Positions 37,116 to 46,938 are shown, numbered from the stretch's first letter. The stretch: 64,000 nt of DNA from Candidatus Binataceae bacterium (GCA_036521875.1 DATDGX010000147.1:190-64189); one strand, 5' to 3'. The notes: generated from the sequence alone by a model not told the origin. Numbers and translations are program-made.

Positions 37116-38723
37116 TTAGCGGCCGCTGGGGACCGGAGATGCGCGGACGGCCCGCTCGAAGGCCCAGCTACGAATGTGATTGATCTGTTCCTTCATGGTG
37201 CGCGCCAGCGGCACAACCTCACCGGCGGCGAGGAAGAGATCCTGTTCGGTCACCTCATGATCCTTCAGCCGCGCCTTGGTCAAAGCCGATACGACAGCCT
37301 GCTCGATCTCGGCGCCGGTCCAGCCGTTGGTGTAAGCCGCCAATCGTTCCAGGTTGAACTTGGCAGCATCCATTCCGCGGCGGCTGAGGTGGATCTTCAG
37401 GATCTCGATCCGCTCAGCAACCAGCGGCAGATCAACGAAAAAGACTTCGTCGAAACGTCCTTTGCGAATCATCTCGGCGGGGAGAAGGTCGATCCGGTTT
37501 GCGGTGGCGGCGACAAAGAGCCCGCGCGCCTTCTCCTGCATCCAGGTCAGAAAGAAGGCAAAGATCCTGCCCTGCTCGCCGCCCGATTCCGCCGACGTAA
37601 CTCCCATCTCAATCTCGTCGAACCAGACCACCGCGGGCGCCATGTCCTCGAGCGTCTTGCACGCCTGGACGAACGCTCCCTCGGGCTGCCCGTGCCTGCC
37701 GGAGAAGACTTCGATCATGTCGATTCGATAGAGAGGAAGCTCGAAGTGCGAGGCGATGGCTTTGACGCAGAGGCTTTTGCCGCAGCCCGGGATGCCCATG
37801 ACGAGGACGCCTTTGGGGACTATGTCGGTGCTCAGGCTCTCGCGGAGCTGAAATAGTTTACGACGCTCCAGCAGCCACTGCTTGAGCCGCTCGAGGCCGC
37901 CGACCTCCCCGATGTTGGTGCTGTCGGCAACGTATTCGATGACGCCGCCGCGGTTGACGAGGAGCCGCTTTTCCTCGAGCAGAAATGGCAGTGACTCGGC
38001 ACTGAGACTCCGACCCGCCGCCAGCGCACGGCGCACCGCGTGGCGCGCCTCCTGGAGTGTGACTCCCTGCAGAGCGCGCGCGAGCTGGTACAGGGTTGCC
38101 TCGCTCACGTCGCTGCGTAAGCCGGGCGTCGCGAGTTGTTGAGCCTCATCGCGCAGGAACTCGAACAACTCGATGAGATCAGGCGGCCGCAGCTCGAGAT
38201 ACAAGACGTCCCGCTCGATCTCCTCAGGAACGAATCGCACCGGAGAACTGATGACCACGAACTTCCGTTGATCGAGACAGGTTTCGTACAGATCTCGAAA
38301 ACGGCGCCTGACTTCCGGAGACTCACGCAGCGGCTCGTGAAAGTCTTTGAGATGGAAGATGGCGGCGTCCTTGTGGTCGGCTATGAAGTCCAAAGCCTCG
38401 CGAGGATCGAGAGTGCCGGTCTCGGCTTCTCCGTCCTCGCGTAGCAATCCCTTCGTGAGGCTCCAGGTCCAAACGGGCACCGGTGCGGACGCGTTCAGCG
38501 CGCGGCCGACCTCGCGCAGTACCCTTCCGATTCGATGCTCTTCCGCGGAGCGTACGTAGGTGAGCGGCCGGCCCGACTGGAAGACCTCGCGCAGCATCTT
38601 TGCCGCGCGGCTCTCAACCGGCTCGGGTTTGGTAGAATCGTCCATAGAAGAATCGCGCGAGCTGTGAGCCTGCGCTCGACTCGCCGGCCTCGGCGTCGGC
38701 ATCGGGCAGACCTCCTTCGGCAA
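37116..38723 (-). CDS. AAA+ ATPase (classic clade) with uncharacterised N-terminal domain of about 280 aa
   Basis: Walker A GIPGCGKS, Walker B VVWFDEIE, sensor-2/Arg finger region IRKGRFDEVFFVDLP. N-terminal half has no recognisable family. Start uncertain (38723 or MDDSTKPE about 38645). Confidence 0.8.
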   Translation of the reverse strand: MPKEVCPMPTPRPASRAQAHSSRDSSMDDSTKPEPVESRAAKMLREVFQSGRPLTYVRSAEEHRIGRVLREVGRALNASAPVPVWTWSLTKGLLREDGEAETGTLDPREALDFIADHKDAAIFHLKDFHEPLRESPEVRRRFRDLYETCLDQRKFVVISSPVRFVPEEIERDVLYLELRPPDLIELFEFLRDEAQQLATPGLRSDVSEATLYQLARALQGVTLQEARHAVRRALAAGRSLSAESLPFLLEEKRLLVNRGGVIEYVADSTNIGEVGGLERLKQWLLERRKLFQLRESLSTDIVPKGVLVMGIPGCGKSLCVKAIASHFELPLYRIDMIEVFSGRHGQPEGAFVQACKTLEDMAPAVVWFDEIEMGVTSAESGGEQGRIFAFFLTWMQEKARGLFVAATANRIDLLPAEMIRKGRFDEVFFVDLPLVAERIEILKIHLSRRGMDAAKFNLERLAAYTNGWTGAEIEQAVVSALTKARLKDHEVTEQDLFLAAGEVVPLARTMKEQINHIRSWAFERAVRASPVPSGR

Positions 38724-38762
38724 ACCTCAGATGTCTCGGTTCAGATGATAGCGGTCGCGAGT

Positions 38763-39443
38763 CTACCGGTCACGCGCCGGGACCGGGAGCCACGCGCCAG
38801 ACTCGTCCGTGCAGCGAATGAATCCAAAGACATTCGGCTCCCGGGCGCGCGTCCAATCGACCTCCTGCATTTGGCCGCGATTGACCAACACGCGCCAGAC
38901 GCTCGCCGGGTCGGCGCTGAAGATAACCTCGGATTTGGCCGGCGCGACGTACCACGAGCCCTCCTGGATCTCGGCCTGGAGCTGATCCGGAGTCCATTGC
39001 GCGCGGCCGAGGATGACGCGCAGGTCTTTGTCGGGCGCGGAATTTTTCAGCAGCTCGCCGATCGAATTGGTGTCGGCGCTGGCGTAAACGTCGTCGAACA
39101 GGTGGGTCGTCTTGTCCGACGATTGCGAGGCGCGGATGAGCAGCGCGGGTTGATCAGGATCCACAGGACCGCCGAGGTACGCCGTGGCAGCCGGGCTTTT
39201 GAATGCGGGCGCATTGGAGAACAACCGCTGCACCGGCACGGCGGTCGGTTTGTTGATGATGACGCCGACGACGATCGGAAGCCGCCCGGCCGGCAGTATC
39301 AGGATAACCGACTGCGCGAAGATGGAGTCGGTCAGGTCGCGCGTCGCGACCAGAAAGTAGGGCTCGGCGCTCGCACTGCGCGCCTCGCGCGGGGTCATCA
39401 GAGTGGCCGCGATCGCAGCGCACGCCACGACGATACACATCAT
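38763..39443 (-). CDS. YqgE/AlgH (DUF179, UPF0301) family protein with an unusual hydrophobic N-terminal leader
   Basis: YFLVATRDLTDSIFAQSVILI...GVIINKP...GGPVDPD core; start placed at MMCIVVACAAIAATLMTP, which looks like a signal peptide. Confidence 0.65.
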   Translation of the reverse strand: MMCIVVACAAIAATLMTPREARSASAEPYFLVATRDLTDSIFAQSVILILPAGRLPIVVGVIINKPTAVPVQRLFSNAPAFKSPAATAYLGGPVDPDQPALLIRASQSSDKTTHLFDDVYASADTNSIGELLKNSAPDKDLRVILGRAQWTPDQLQAEIQEGSWYVAPAKSEVIFSADPASVWRVLVNRGQMQEVDWTRAREPNVFGFIRCTDESGAWLPVPARDR

Positions 39444-39638
39444 CAGGGCGCCGGTGGCGCGCCGGATTCTGCGCGCGCCCGCCGCGCGACCAATTCTGCA
39501 TCTTATACCGAACACATCCACGGCCGCAGCGCTTCTAGAGATCGACGAAGCTTCGTCAAGCCTGCACCCATCCGGCGAGCGTCGCAAGAATCCTGCGATT
39601 GGCGCACCGGGCAATCGCGCGCTGGTGCAATCAGTCAA

Positions 39639-40523
39639 TCAGATGCGGCCATACGCGCGCAGGGAGATCAGTGCTTCCAGCGTTACGATTCCGCGCCACT
39701 CGAATGCCGCTCCCGGGCCCGGCGCCGCCCAGGTGATCGGCCAGCCGCCGTCGCTCTCCTGGCACGCCGCGAGATGGTCGAGATGCGCCTCCAGCAATTC
39801 GTCGGCAAAGGCGGAGCGCGCGATCGAATCGGGACGCGGGCACAACTGAATCGGCGTCACTCCGTAGTTCGAGGAACCGGCGTCCTTTAGATACCATTTC
39901 GCGCGATCGCAGTGGCTTGCGATCCGCATTGCGACTGTATGCGCGCGTGATCGATCGGGCGCGTGCTCGAGAAACCGGAGCGCGGTCGCGATTTCATGCG
40001 CCTCGTCGAGCGGACGCTCGAGCCGCCGCCAACACCAATCCGCGGCGCGCGAAAGCCATGGATGTTCGACGGCCTGATACCAGAGCAGGCCCACCAGCCC
40101 CGCTGTGGGATTGGGCGAGTCACCGCCGAACGACGGGTTTTCCCAATGAGCCGCGCGCGGATAGCCACTAATGTCGCCCGACGCTATTTCCACGCGCCCG
40201 TCGGGCTCCGCAACCGAAGCCAGGAACTCGCACACCCCGGACGCAAGAGTCTTATCGCGGATCCCCGCCTCGTGGAGCGCGCGCAATCCGCTCTCGCAAT
40301 GGAGGGGCAGGCTGATGGGAGCCCGGATATCGGCTTCGAGCGCGTTGCCCAATCCGCCGTCGGAATTTCGATACGCGAGCAGCGCCACAGTCACCGATTC
40401 GGCCGAGCCGCCCAAAAATATGTGGGCGAAGATGGCGCGCTCCAGCAGGCGCGCGTTGCGCCAGATGAAATCGGCGGCGCGTTCCAATGAGAGTGAATTT
40501 GAACGATTTACATTGATGCTCAT
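39639..40523 (-). CDS. Alpha/alpha-toroid (prenyltransferase / squalene-cyclase-repeat-like) protein, hypothetical
   Basis: Repeated DGG(L/W) motifs (NSDGGLGNAL, ESDGGWPITW) spaced as in terpenoid cyclase/prenyltransferase repeats. Start placed at MSINVNRS (40521-40523) to avoid a long overlap with the AraC gene. Confidence 0.4.
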   Translation of the reverse strand: MSINVNRSNSLSLERAADFIWRNARLLERAIFAHIFLGGSAESVTVALLAYRNSDGGLGNALEADIRAPISLPLHCESGLRALHEAGIRDKTLASGVCEFLASVAEPDGRVEIASGDISGYPRAAHWENPSFGGDSPNPTAGLVGLLWYQAVEHPWLSRAADWCWRRLERPLDEAHEIATALRFLEHAPDRSRAHTVAMRIASHCDRAKWYLKDAGSSNYGVTPIQLCPRPDSIARSAFADELLEAHLDHLAACQESDGGWPITWAAPGPGAAFEWRGIVTLEALISLRAYGRI

Positions 40524-41341
40524 GGCGCGATTGTCGCCGTGTGGAAATCGAGCGTCTTGAACAAATCGGACATCGGTTGCAACTCGCGCACTATCTGACC
40601 CGGCGTACGCCCCGCGAACCTCATGCACTCGCGATTCAGATGAGACTGGTCCGCATAACCGGCCGCAGCGGCGATCCTCGCAAGCGAGCGCGCTGATCCA
40701 CCCTCATTCGGCGCCGCATTCGCGAGGCGCAAAAAATGCCGGAAGCGCGCCACGCGCTCGAAAGTCTTAGGACCGTATCCTACCGATGCCCGAAAACGGC
40801 GGCGAAGTTGGCGCTCGCTTATCGCGGGGAACGAGCAGGACTCCGTGCCGATTGCGACGATGCGTGTGATCGCGGCGATCATCACCCTCGCCATCGGGTC
40901 CGGGTCGGGCGCGGCGCAGAGCCGCTCTGCAATCGCGTCTTCCAACGCGCAGACACTTTCCGCGGGGGAGCGCGCCTCATCCAGACATCCCTGCAGCCGA
41001 TTCACGGGATTTCGCGGCCATACGTCGGAGAGCGGAATCTCCAGGTCAGTGAGGCTTGAAATCGGCGCGCCGAGAATGGGCGCCGCGACCCCCGGCATAA
41101 AGCGAACACCGATCAACGTGGTTCCCGCGGGGACCGCAGCGGGCCGCGATGCGGTGTCGGGTCCGGCGACCCGGAGCCCCCGTCCCGGTGACCACACGAT
41201 ATCAATGCATCCATCGGGAAGCACGCCGCGGACGTCGCCGGAAGCTCGCCCGGTCCATACGCATGCGATTCGATCGCGCAGTAGCTCTCGCGGGAGTCGT
41301 TCTGTGTATAGCTCCGGCATCGCGCAACCAGTCCTCGCCAT
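40520..41341 (-). CDS. AraC-family transcriptional regulator
   Basis: C-terminal double HTH (SERQLRRRFRASVGYGPKTF..., YADQSHLNRECMRFAGRTPGQIV). Confidence 0.8.
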   Translation of the reverse strand: MARTGCAMPELYTERLPRELLRDRIACVWTGRASGDVRGVLPDGCIDIVWSPGRGLRVAGPDTASRPAAVPAGTTLIGVRFMPGVAAPILGAPISSLTDLEIPLSDVWPRNPVNRLQGCLDEARSPAESVCALEDAIAERLCAAPDPDPMARVMIAAITRIVAIGTESCSFPAISERQLRRRFRASVGYGPKTFERVARFRHFLRLANAAPNEGGSARSLARIAAAAGYADQSHLNRECMRFAGRTPGQIVRELQPMSDLFKTLDFHTATIAP

Positions 41342-41503
41342 GATCGGCCGGCCAGAAGTGACTATCTATTCTAGCTATTGGAAAATGCTCGTCCCGACTT
41401 CTGAACGGTATAGTACTTTCCCACAATAGTACTTCCGGCAAGTAGCCATAAGCGCAGAAATATACTCGCGCCTTTAGTCAGTTCATGAGCCGCGCTGGCG
41501 ACG

Positions 41504-43045
41504 CTAGACGCTTCCCTCCATCGCCTGGCGTCCGTCGCCGAACGGATCATTTACGACGTGGCACTTGTCCTCGAACATCATGGTCGGCCGTTGGGCGATC
41601 GAGTAGGCGGGCCACTGCGGCAATCCGTTGTGGTTCGGATTCCCGCTGCGCGCGAATGCGATCCACGCGCGGCTCATCTTGTCGCCCAGTAAAAGGCGGC
41701 CTGGGTTGTCGCCGGCCAGTGGCGCGATCGCGAGGTTGTCGAACACGAATGGAATCTCGAGCGCGTGCGGAGACTTCAACTTGCCGCCCAGCACCGGCGT
41801 CTCGTACGTGAACAGATACACGTATGCTGGGGCGGCATGCTGCGCGATTTTGCGATCGGCGGTAGTGAGCGAAGGGCCGCGCATCATGCGGTCCGTGGTT
41901 ATCGCAATGAAGAGATCCTTCGGTGTCATGTTGGGCTGGCCGCGGCGATAGATCTCAATGATGCGATCCGCAGAGTCTCCCATGATCAAGGCCACGCGCT
42001 TGCGCAGATCCGCCTCGTCGAGCTTGTCGAACCACGGGAAGAAGGCGAAGAACAGAGTCGTCTCATGCAGGTTGGTGCCGATCATCAGAGGGACGTCGGC
42101 GGAAATATCCGGCGCGACCGGATCGAATGGATGAGTAGGAAGCGCGATGCCGTCAACCACCGGATTGAAACCGAGACGCCGGCGATTCGCCATCGACATC
42201 ACCCCGATTTGCGCTGAGACCGTCAATTGCGCCTTCAGTAGCCGGTCCGCGGGCAGCGTGCGCAGCTCATCGATTTGATCCGCCTTCAACCCGAGAGCGC
42301 CGAGCAGGGCCCTGGTCGTCTCGGCGCCATCCTCGGGACTCGCCATCCGTGCGCCCGGCCCGCTCTGAACAATCGCCCGATGAAACAAACCGCGCGCGGA
42401 CGGCATCGCCATTAGCACGCTAACCTTTGCGCCGCCTCCGGATTCACCGAAGATCGTGACGTTATTGGGATCGCCGCCGAACGCCGCGATATTGTCGCGC
42501 ACCCAGCGCAGCGCCGCGACCAGGTCGAGCATCCCCGCGTTGCCCGAGGAACGGGAAGCCTCGCCACCCGCTTCTCCCAGATGCAAATAACCGAACGCGC
42601 CCAGGCGATGATTGACCGTCACGATCACGACGTCGCCCTTGCGGCTGAGATTGGTCCCGTCGTACCAGGGCGACGAGCCGGAGCCGGCGAAGAATCCGCC
42701 GCCGTGGCACCAGAACATGACGGGTCGTTTTTTCGCGTCGCCGGTCGCGGGCGTCCACACGTTCAGGAACAGGCAGTTCTCGCTCATCGGCTGCTCTTCG
42801 CGGCCGGAGAAAAGTTTGATCAGCTCGGGCACGCCCGCGAACATTTCATCGGCCTGCATCGCGCGAGCGCCGAAAGCCAGCGCGTCGCGAACTCCCGTCC
42901 AAGGCGCCGGCTTCGTCGGCGGCATAAATCGTCCCGCTCCGTCTGCCGGACCGCCGTAGGGGATGCCCTTGAAGATGCTGATGCCGTTTTCGACGATGCC
43001 GCGCAGCTTGCCGGAATCGGCCTCTACCACAACATGGTCTGCCAT
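41504..43045 (-). CDS. Carboxylesterase/lipase, type B (para-nitrobenzyl-esterase-like)
   Basis: GESGGG nucleophile motif (GESGGGAKVSVLMAM), oxyanion-hole HGGGF, 513 aa. Confidence 0.9.
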   Translation of the reverse strand: MADHVVVEADSGKLRGIVENGISIFKGIPYGGPADGAGRFMPPTKPAPWTGVRDALAFGARAMQADEMFAGVPELIKLFSGREEQPMSENCLFLNVWTPATGDAKKRPVMFWCHGGGFFAGSGSSPWYDGTNLSRKGDVVIVTVNHRLGAFGYLHLGEAGGEASRSSGNAGMLDLVAALRWVRDNIAAFGGDPNNVTIFGESGGGAKVSVLMAMPSARGLFHRAIVQSGPGARMASPEDGAETTRALLGALGLKADQIDELRTLPADRLLKAQLTVSAQIGVMSMANRRRLGFNPVVDGIALPTHPFDPVAPDISADVPLMIGTNLHETTLFFAFFPWFDKLDEADLRKRVALIMGDSADRIIEIYRRGQPNMTPKDLFIAITTDRMMRGPSLTTADRKIAQHAAPAYVYLFTYETPVLGGKLKSPHALEIPFVFDNLAIAPLAGDNPGRLLLGDKMSRAWIAFARSGNPNHNGLPQWPAYSIAQRPTMMFEDKCHVVNDPFGDGRQAMEGSV

Positions 43046-43276
43046 GACGATTCTCCCTTCCAGTCGCCGGGCGCTGGCCTGTGATTTTTCGGCGCTGCTG
43101 AAAACTTACCGCCGATGCGAGCGCGCCGTCCACCCCATCGCGGCTATCGTCCTTCACGCCGATTCAGGAATGCTGCAAAATGTACTCGTAAAGGTGGCTC
43201 GGGGCGACGCATCGCGGCGGAGCGCTCGAGACGTTCGACAGGTTCCACCGCGCGAGCGGCGACTTGGGAGGCACAT

Positions 43277-44170
43277 ATGCCCTACGCACAATCAGCGGGC
43301 GTGAAGCTCTACTTCGAGGATACCGGTACCGGTCATCCGATTATTTTCGTCCACGAGTTCGGCGCGGACTATCGAGCCTGGGAAACTCAGGTCCGCTGGT
43401 TCTCGCGCGAGTATCGATGCATCACGTTCAACGCGCGCGGATATCCGCCCTCCGACGTGCCGGATGACGATGCGGCGTATGGCCAGGATCACGCCGCGGA
43501 TGATATCGCCGCGATCGCGACCCACCTCGAGCTCGCCAGGGCGCACGTCGTGGGTCTCAGCATGGGCGCGTTCGCGGCGTTGCATTTTGGGCTCCGGTAT
43601 CCCGAGATGGCGAGTGCGCTGGTGGTCGCCGGATGCGGCTCGGGCGCGCCCAAGTCCGATCGCGAGATGTTCAAGAAGCAGTGCGACGCGACCGCCGATC
43701 GCTTTCTGCGGGAGGGCGCGGAGATCGTCGCGCGAGCGCTCGGGCTGGGGCCCACGCGCGTGCAGTTGCAGAACAAGGATCCGCGCGGATGGGAGGAATT
43801 CGTGCGGCATCTGGGTGAGCATTCTCCAAAAGGCTCGGCGCTCACGTTGCGCAATTACCAGGGGCTGCGCCCTTCGCTGTACGATCTTCGCGATCAATTG
43901 AAGGGACTTACTATTCCGGTTCTGCTCGCCGTCGGCGACGAGGACGAACCGTGTCTCGACGCCAACATTTTCCTCAAACGTACCATTCCAAGTGCAGCGC
44001 TGTGGATGGTGCCGAGGACCGGGCACGCCATCAATCTTGAGGAGCCCGACGCGTTCAATCGCGTGGTCCAGGAATTTTTCGGTACCGTCGAGCGAGGCCG
44101 CTGGACGCTGCGCGATCCACGCACCACGGCGGGCGGGATGTTGATCGGCGCAGTCATCTCGCGAGATTGA
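43277..44170 (+). CDS. Alpha/beta hydrolase fold protein
   Basis: Start ATG 43277 with GGGAGG RBS; HEFGAD oxyanion region and GLSMGA nucleophile elbow. Confidence 0.8.
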   Translation: MPYAQSAGVKLYFEDTGTGHPIIFVHEFGADYRAWETQVRWFSREYRCITFNARGYPPSDVPDDDAAYGQDHAADDIAAIATHLELARAHVVGLSMGAFAALHFGLRYPEMASALVVAGCGSGAPKSDREMFKKQCDATADRFLREGAEIVARALGLGPTRVQLQNKDPRGWEEFVRHLGEHSPKGSALTLRNYQGLRPSLYDLRDQLKGLTIPVLLAVGDEDEPCLDANIFLKRTIPSAALWMVPRTGHAINLEEPDAFNRVVQEFFGTVERGRWTLRDPRTTAGGMLIGAVISRD

Positions 44171-44207
44171 TCGGCGTCACCATTGCGATTATCCCGATGA
44201 GGACGTT

Positions 44208-44843
44208 TTGATGACTGACTATTCGTTCCTGATCGACGGACCCGCGAAGGCATCGATTACGTTGGTACTAGCGCACAGCGCGGGCGCGCCGATGGACGCG
44301 CCTTTCATGAACACGATCGCGCTGGGAGTTGCGGACGCGGACGTGCGTGTGGTGCGATTCGAATTTCCCTACATGGCGATGGGACGAACCAGTGGCCAGC
44401 GCCGCGCTCCGGATCGCGAACCGGTCCTGCTGCAGTCATGGCGCGAGGTGATTACAAAGCTGGGCCCGGCCGCGGGCCAGGTGATAGGCGGCAAATCGAT
44501 GGGCGGCAGGATAGCCAGCATGGTTGCCGATGAGACCGGAGCGGTCGGCCTGGTGTGTCTCGGCTACCCTTTCCATCCGCCGAGCAATCCCGCGCGCGCG
44601 CGAGTCAAACACCTCGAGAAACTGCGCACGCCCGCGTTGATTCTACAGGGAACGCGAGACTCGTTCGGCCAGCCCGACGAAATCGCGCAGTACAATCTGT
44701 CGCGCAAGATCCGGATCGCGTGGATCGAAGGCGGCGATCACTCGTTTAAGCCGCGAGCGCGCTCCGGCCGCACCGAGGCGCAGAATCTTGCCGACGCCGT
44801 TACTCAGATATGCCGTTTTATCGCGGCGCTGAGGACCGGATAA
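44208..44843 (+). CDS. Alpha/beta-family hydrolase (dienelactone-hydrolase-like, KANL-type)
   Basis: GGKSMGGRIAS nucleophile motif; 211 aa. Confidence 0.7.
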   Translation: MMTDYSFLIDGPAKASITLVLAHSAGAPMDAPFMNTIALGVADADVRVVRFEFPYMAMGRTSGQRRAPDREPVLLQSWREVITKLGPAAGQVIGGKSMGGRIASMVADETGAVGLVCLGYPFHPPSNPARARVKHLEKLRTPALILQGTRDSFGQPDEIAQYNLSRKIRIAWIEGGDHSFKPRARSGRTEAQNLADAVTQICRFIAALRTG

Positions 44844-44906
44844 GTGAACCGCGGTTGCCTCAGTACTTCGCAAGTGGCTATTGCTAAACCGACAAGGAGA
44901 ATCTGA

Positions 44907-45530
44907 ATGATCGATCTATATACCTGGACAACTCCGAATGGCCGCAAGGCTTCCGTGATGCTCGAGGAATGCCGCATCGACTACCATGTGCATCCTGTGA
45001 ATATCGGTAAGGGAGAACAATTCACGCCCGAGTTTGTGAAGATCTGTCCCAACAGCAAGATTCCCGCAATCGTCGATAACGACGACAAGATCTCGATCTT
45101 CGAATCAGGCGCGATTCTGATTCACCTGGCGGAAAAAGCGGGAAAGCTGCTGCCAGCAAAAGGTCCCGGCCGCGCAAAGACGTTCGAGTGGCTAATGTGG
45201 CAGATGGCCAATATCGGACCGATGATCGGGCAGGCCAATCATTTCGCCAATGCCGCGCCGGAGAAGATTCCCTACGCAATCAATCGCTACATCACCGAGT
45301 CCGCACGCTTGATAAAGGTGATGGACGGCCAACTCGCGCGCAGCGAATTTCTAGCCGGTGAGTATTCGATTGCCGACATCGCCACCTATCCGTGGGTCGC
45401 CATAGCGTTCGCGTTCATCAAAGGCGCCAAGCCCGAAGTGGTCGGCGAAGGAGCGAACGTCGAGCGATGGATCAAGGCGATTGGTGAGCGGCCTGCGGTT
45501 CAGGCCGGGATGGCGGTGCCAAAAGTATGA
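44907..45530 (+). CDS. Glutathione S-transferase (Nu-class/YfcG-like)
   Basis: MIDLYTWTTPNGRKASVMLEE N-terminal thioredoxin-like domain, SKIPAIVDND, C-terminal helical domain. Confidence 0.85.
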   Translation: MIDLYTWTTPNGRKASVMLEECRIDYHVHPVNIGKGEQFTPEFVKICPNSKIPAIVDNDDKISIFESGAILIHLAEKAGKLLPAKGPGRAKTFEWLMWQMANIGPMIGQANHFANAAPEKIPYAINRYITESARLIKVMDGQLARSEFLAGEYSIADIATYPWVAIAFAFIKGAKPEVVGEGANVERWIKAIGERPAVQAGMAVPKV

Positions 45531-45584
45531 TCGATAATATGATAAATTCCTGAGGTCGAAGCGGATGCGGGAGGGTGGCGGAGG

Positions 45585-46349
45585 ATGGAACGCTCAGCCA
45601 GGAATTTGCCTGCGAATAGCTCTGGGAATTTTGCCGGCAAAGGGCTCATCGAGAAGTGGCCACGCTCGGAAGTTGAGTTGGGGCGCGTCATCGTCGCGTG
45701 GCTACGCGATCAGAAGTGGGAGGTTTACCAGGAAGTTCAGAACCGGTCGCGAGTCGCAGACATCGTTGCGGTGCGCGATAAAATCGTCTGGGTGGTTGAG
45801 CTCAAGGTCGCGTTGGGGCTCGCGATCATGGAGCAGGCGGAGGGTTGGCTCGGATGCGCGAACTACGTTTCCTGCGCAGTGCCGCGACGCCGCGTCAGCA
45901 GGTTCGTGAAGCGCGCTCTCGAGGCATGCGGAATCGGCCTGCTGGTCGCGCGTCCGTGGGGTCAACGCTACGAAGTGCAAGAGTACCTGCGTCCCTGCCT
46001 GGCACGCCGCTATGAAACTCCGTGGCGGCTCGACGTGCGTCACAAGACATTCGCTGAGGCAGGCAACGCGTTGAGCTTGCGTCTGTCTCCCTTCAAGGTC
46101 ACCTGTGAAAATGTTCTGCGCGCGGCCAAGGGAACTCCCGGCCTGACCATGACCGAGGTCATCAGGAGCATCGAGCATCACTATAGCTCGAGCGCGTCGG
46201 CGCGATGCTCACTACTGAAGTGGATACAAGCCGGAGAAGTGCCGGGCGTCGAAGCGCGGCTTCAAGATGGCCGCTACCGGATTTATGCGAAGGCTCGGAT
46301 AGTCAATTCCAAAGGTCGCTATTGCGGGCGCGCCCTCGCCGCACCCTGA
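45585..46349 (+). CDS. Hypothetical protein with PD-(D/E)xK nuclease-like core (restriction-endonuclease/Hjc-like) and C-terminal extension
   Basis: VADIVAVRDKIVWVVELK supplies D...(E)xK in the spacing of PD-(D/E)xK nucleases, preceded by an acidic helix; composition is lower in GC than its neighbours. Confidence 0.4.
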   Translation: MERSARNLPANSSGNFAGKGLIEKWPRSEVELGRVIVAWLRDQKWEVYQEVQNRSRVADIVAVRDKIVWVVELKVALGLAIMEQAEGWLGCANYVSCAVPRRRVSRFVKRALEACGIGLLVARPWGQRYEVQEYLRPCLARRYETPWRLDVRHKTFAEAGNALSLRLSPFKVTCENVLRAAKGTPGLTMTEVIRSIEHHYSSSASARCSLLKWIQAGEVPGVEARLQDGRYRIYAKARIVNSKGRYCGRALAAP

Positions 46350-46363
46350 ATAGCCAGCACGGT

Positions 46364-46395
46364 CATTAGCCACTTCGCGCATTAGCCACTTTGCG
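46364..46395. repeat. Tandem duplication of a 16-nt unit CATTAGCCACTT(C/T)GCG
   Basis: Two adjacent copies; the second overlaps the stop and last 4 codons of the minus-strand NTF2-like gene. Confidence 0.8.
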
Positions 46396-46852
46396 CGGGA
46401 TCCTTGCTCGCCCAGCCGGTTTCATACGGTGCCGACATCCGCCCAATCGCGCGCAAGTGCTTGAACGTCCATTCTCCGTAGACTTTGACGTAGTCCTCTT
46501 CGTAACGCGCGGCGAGCCACATCGCGCGATTTCCTTTACGAAATGTGAACGGCCCGAGAAAATACCAGGTTCCCTTCGCGCGGTCGCCGTAGACGTCGAT
46601 AATTGGATTCATCACGTTATGCTGCGAGAAACTGATTCTTTGCTGGAACCTTTCGAATAGAGCGCGAATCGCGGCGTGTCCCTGATGCACGCCGATTCCT
46701 TCGCCTTCCCAGATGCCGTCGGCTGCGAACAATTTCGTGATCTCATCGGGATTGTGATTGTCATCGCAGATGAGGCAGTAGCGCGCCTTCAGTTTCTTGA
46801 TCGCCTCGATATCCAGGAGTGTTGTGATGCGCATTTCGAGTTCCGTCGTCAT
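46382..46852 (-). CDS. Nuclear transport factor 2 (SnoaL-like) family protein
   Basis: 156 aa; LDIEAIKKLKARYCLICDDNH...WYFLGPFTF pattern of SnoaL/NTF2-like fold. Confidence 0.7.
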   Translation of the reverse strand: MTTELEMRITTLLDIEAIKKLKARYCLICDDNHNPDEITKLFAADGIWEGEGIGVHQGHAAIRALFERFQQRISFSQHNVMNPIIDVYGDRAKGTWYFLGPFTFRKGNRAMWLAARYEEDYVKVYGEWTFKHLRAIGRMSAPYETGWASKDPAQSG

Positions 46853-46938
46853 CGTCGGTACCTCAAATCCTGAATTCGCAGAAAGCCATCATAGTTGCAA
46901 GACTACAGGCTGGCTTGCCGCGACAGCCGAGCGCTTTT

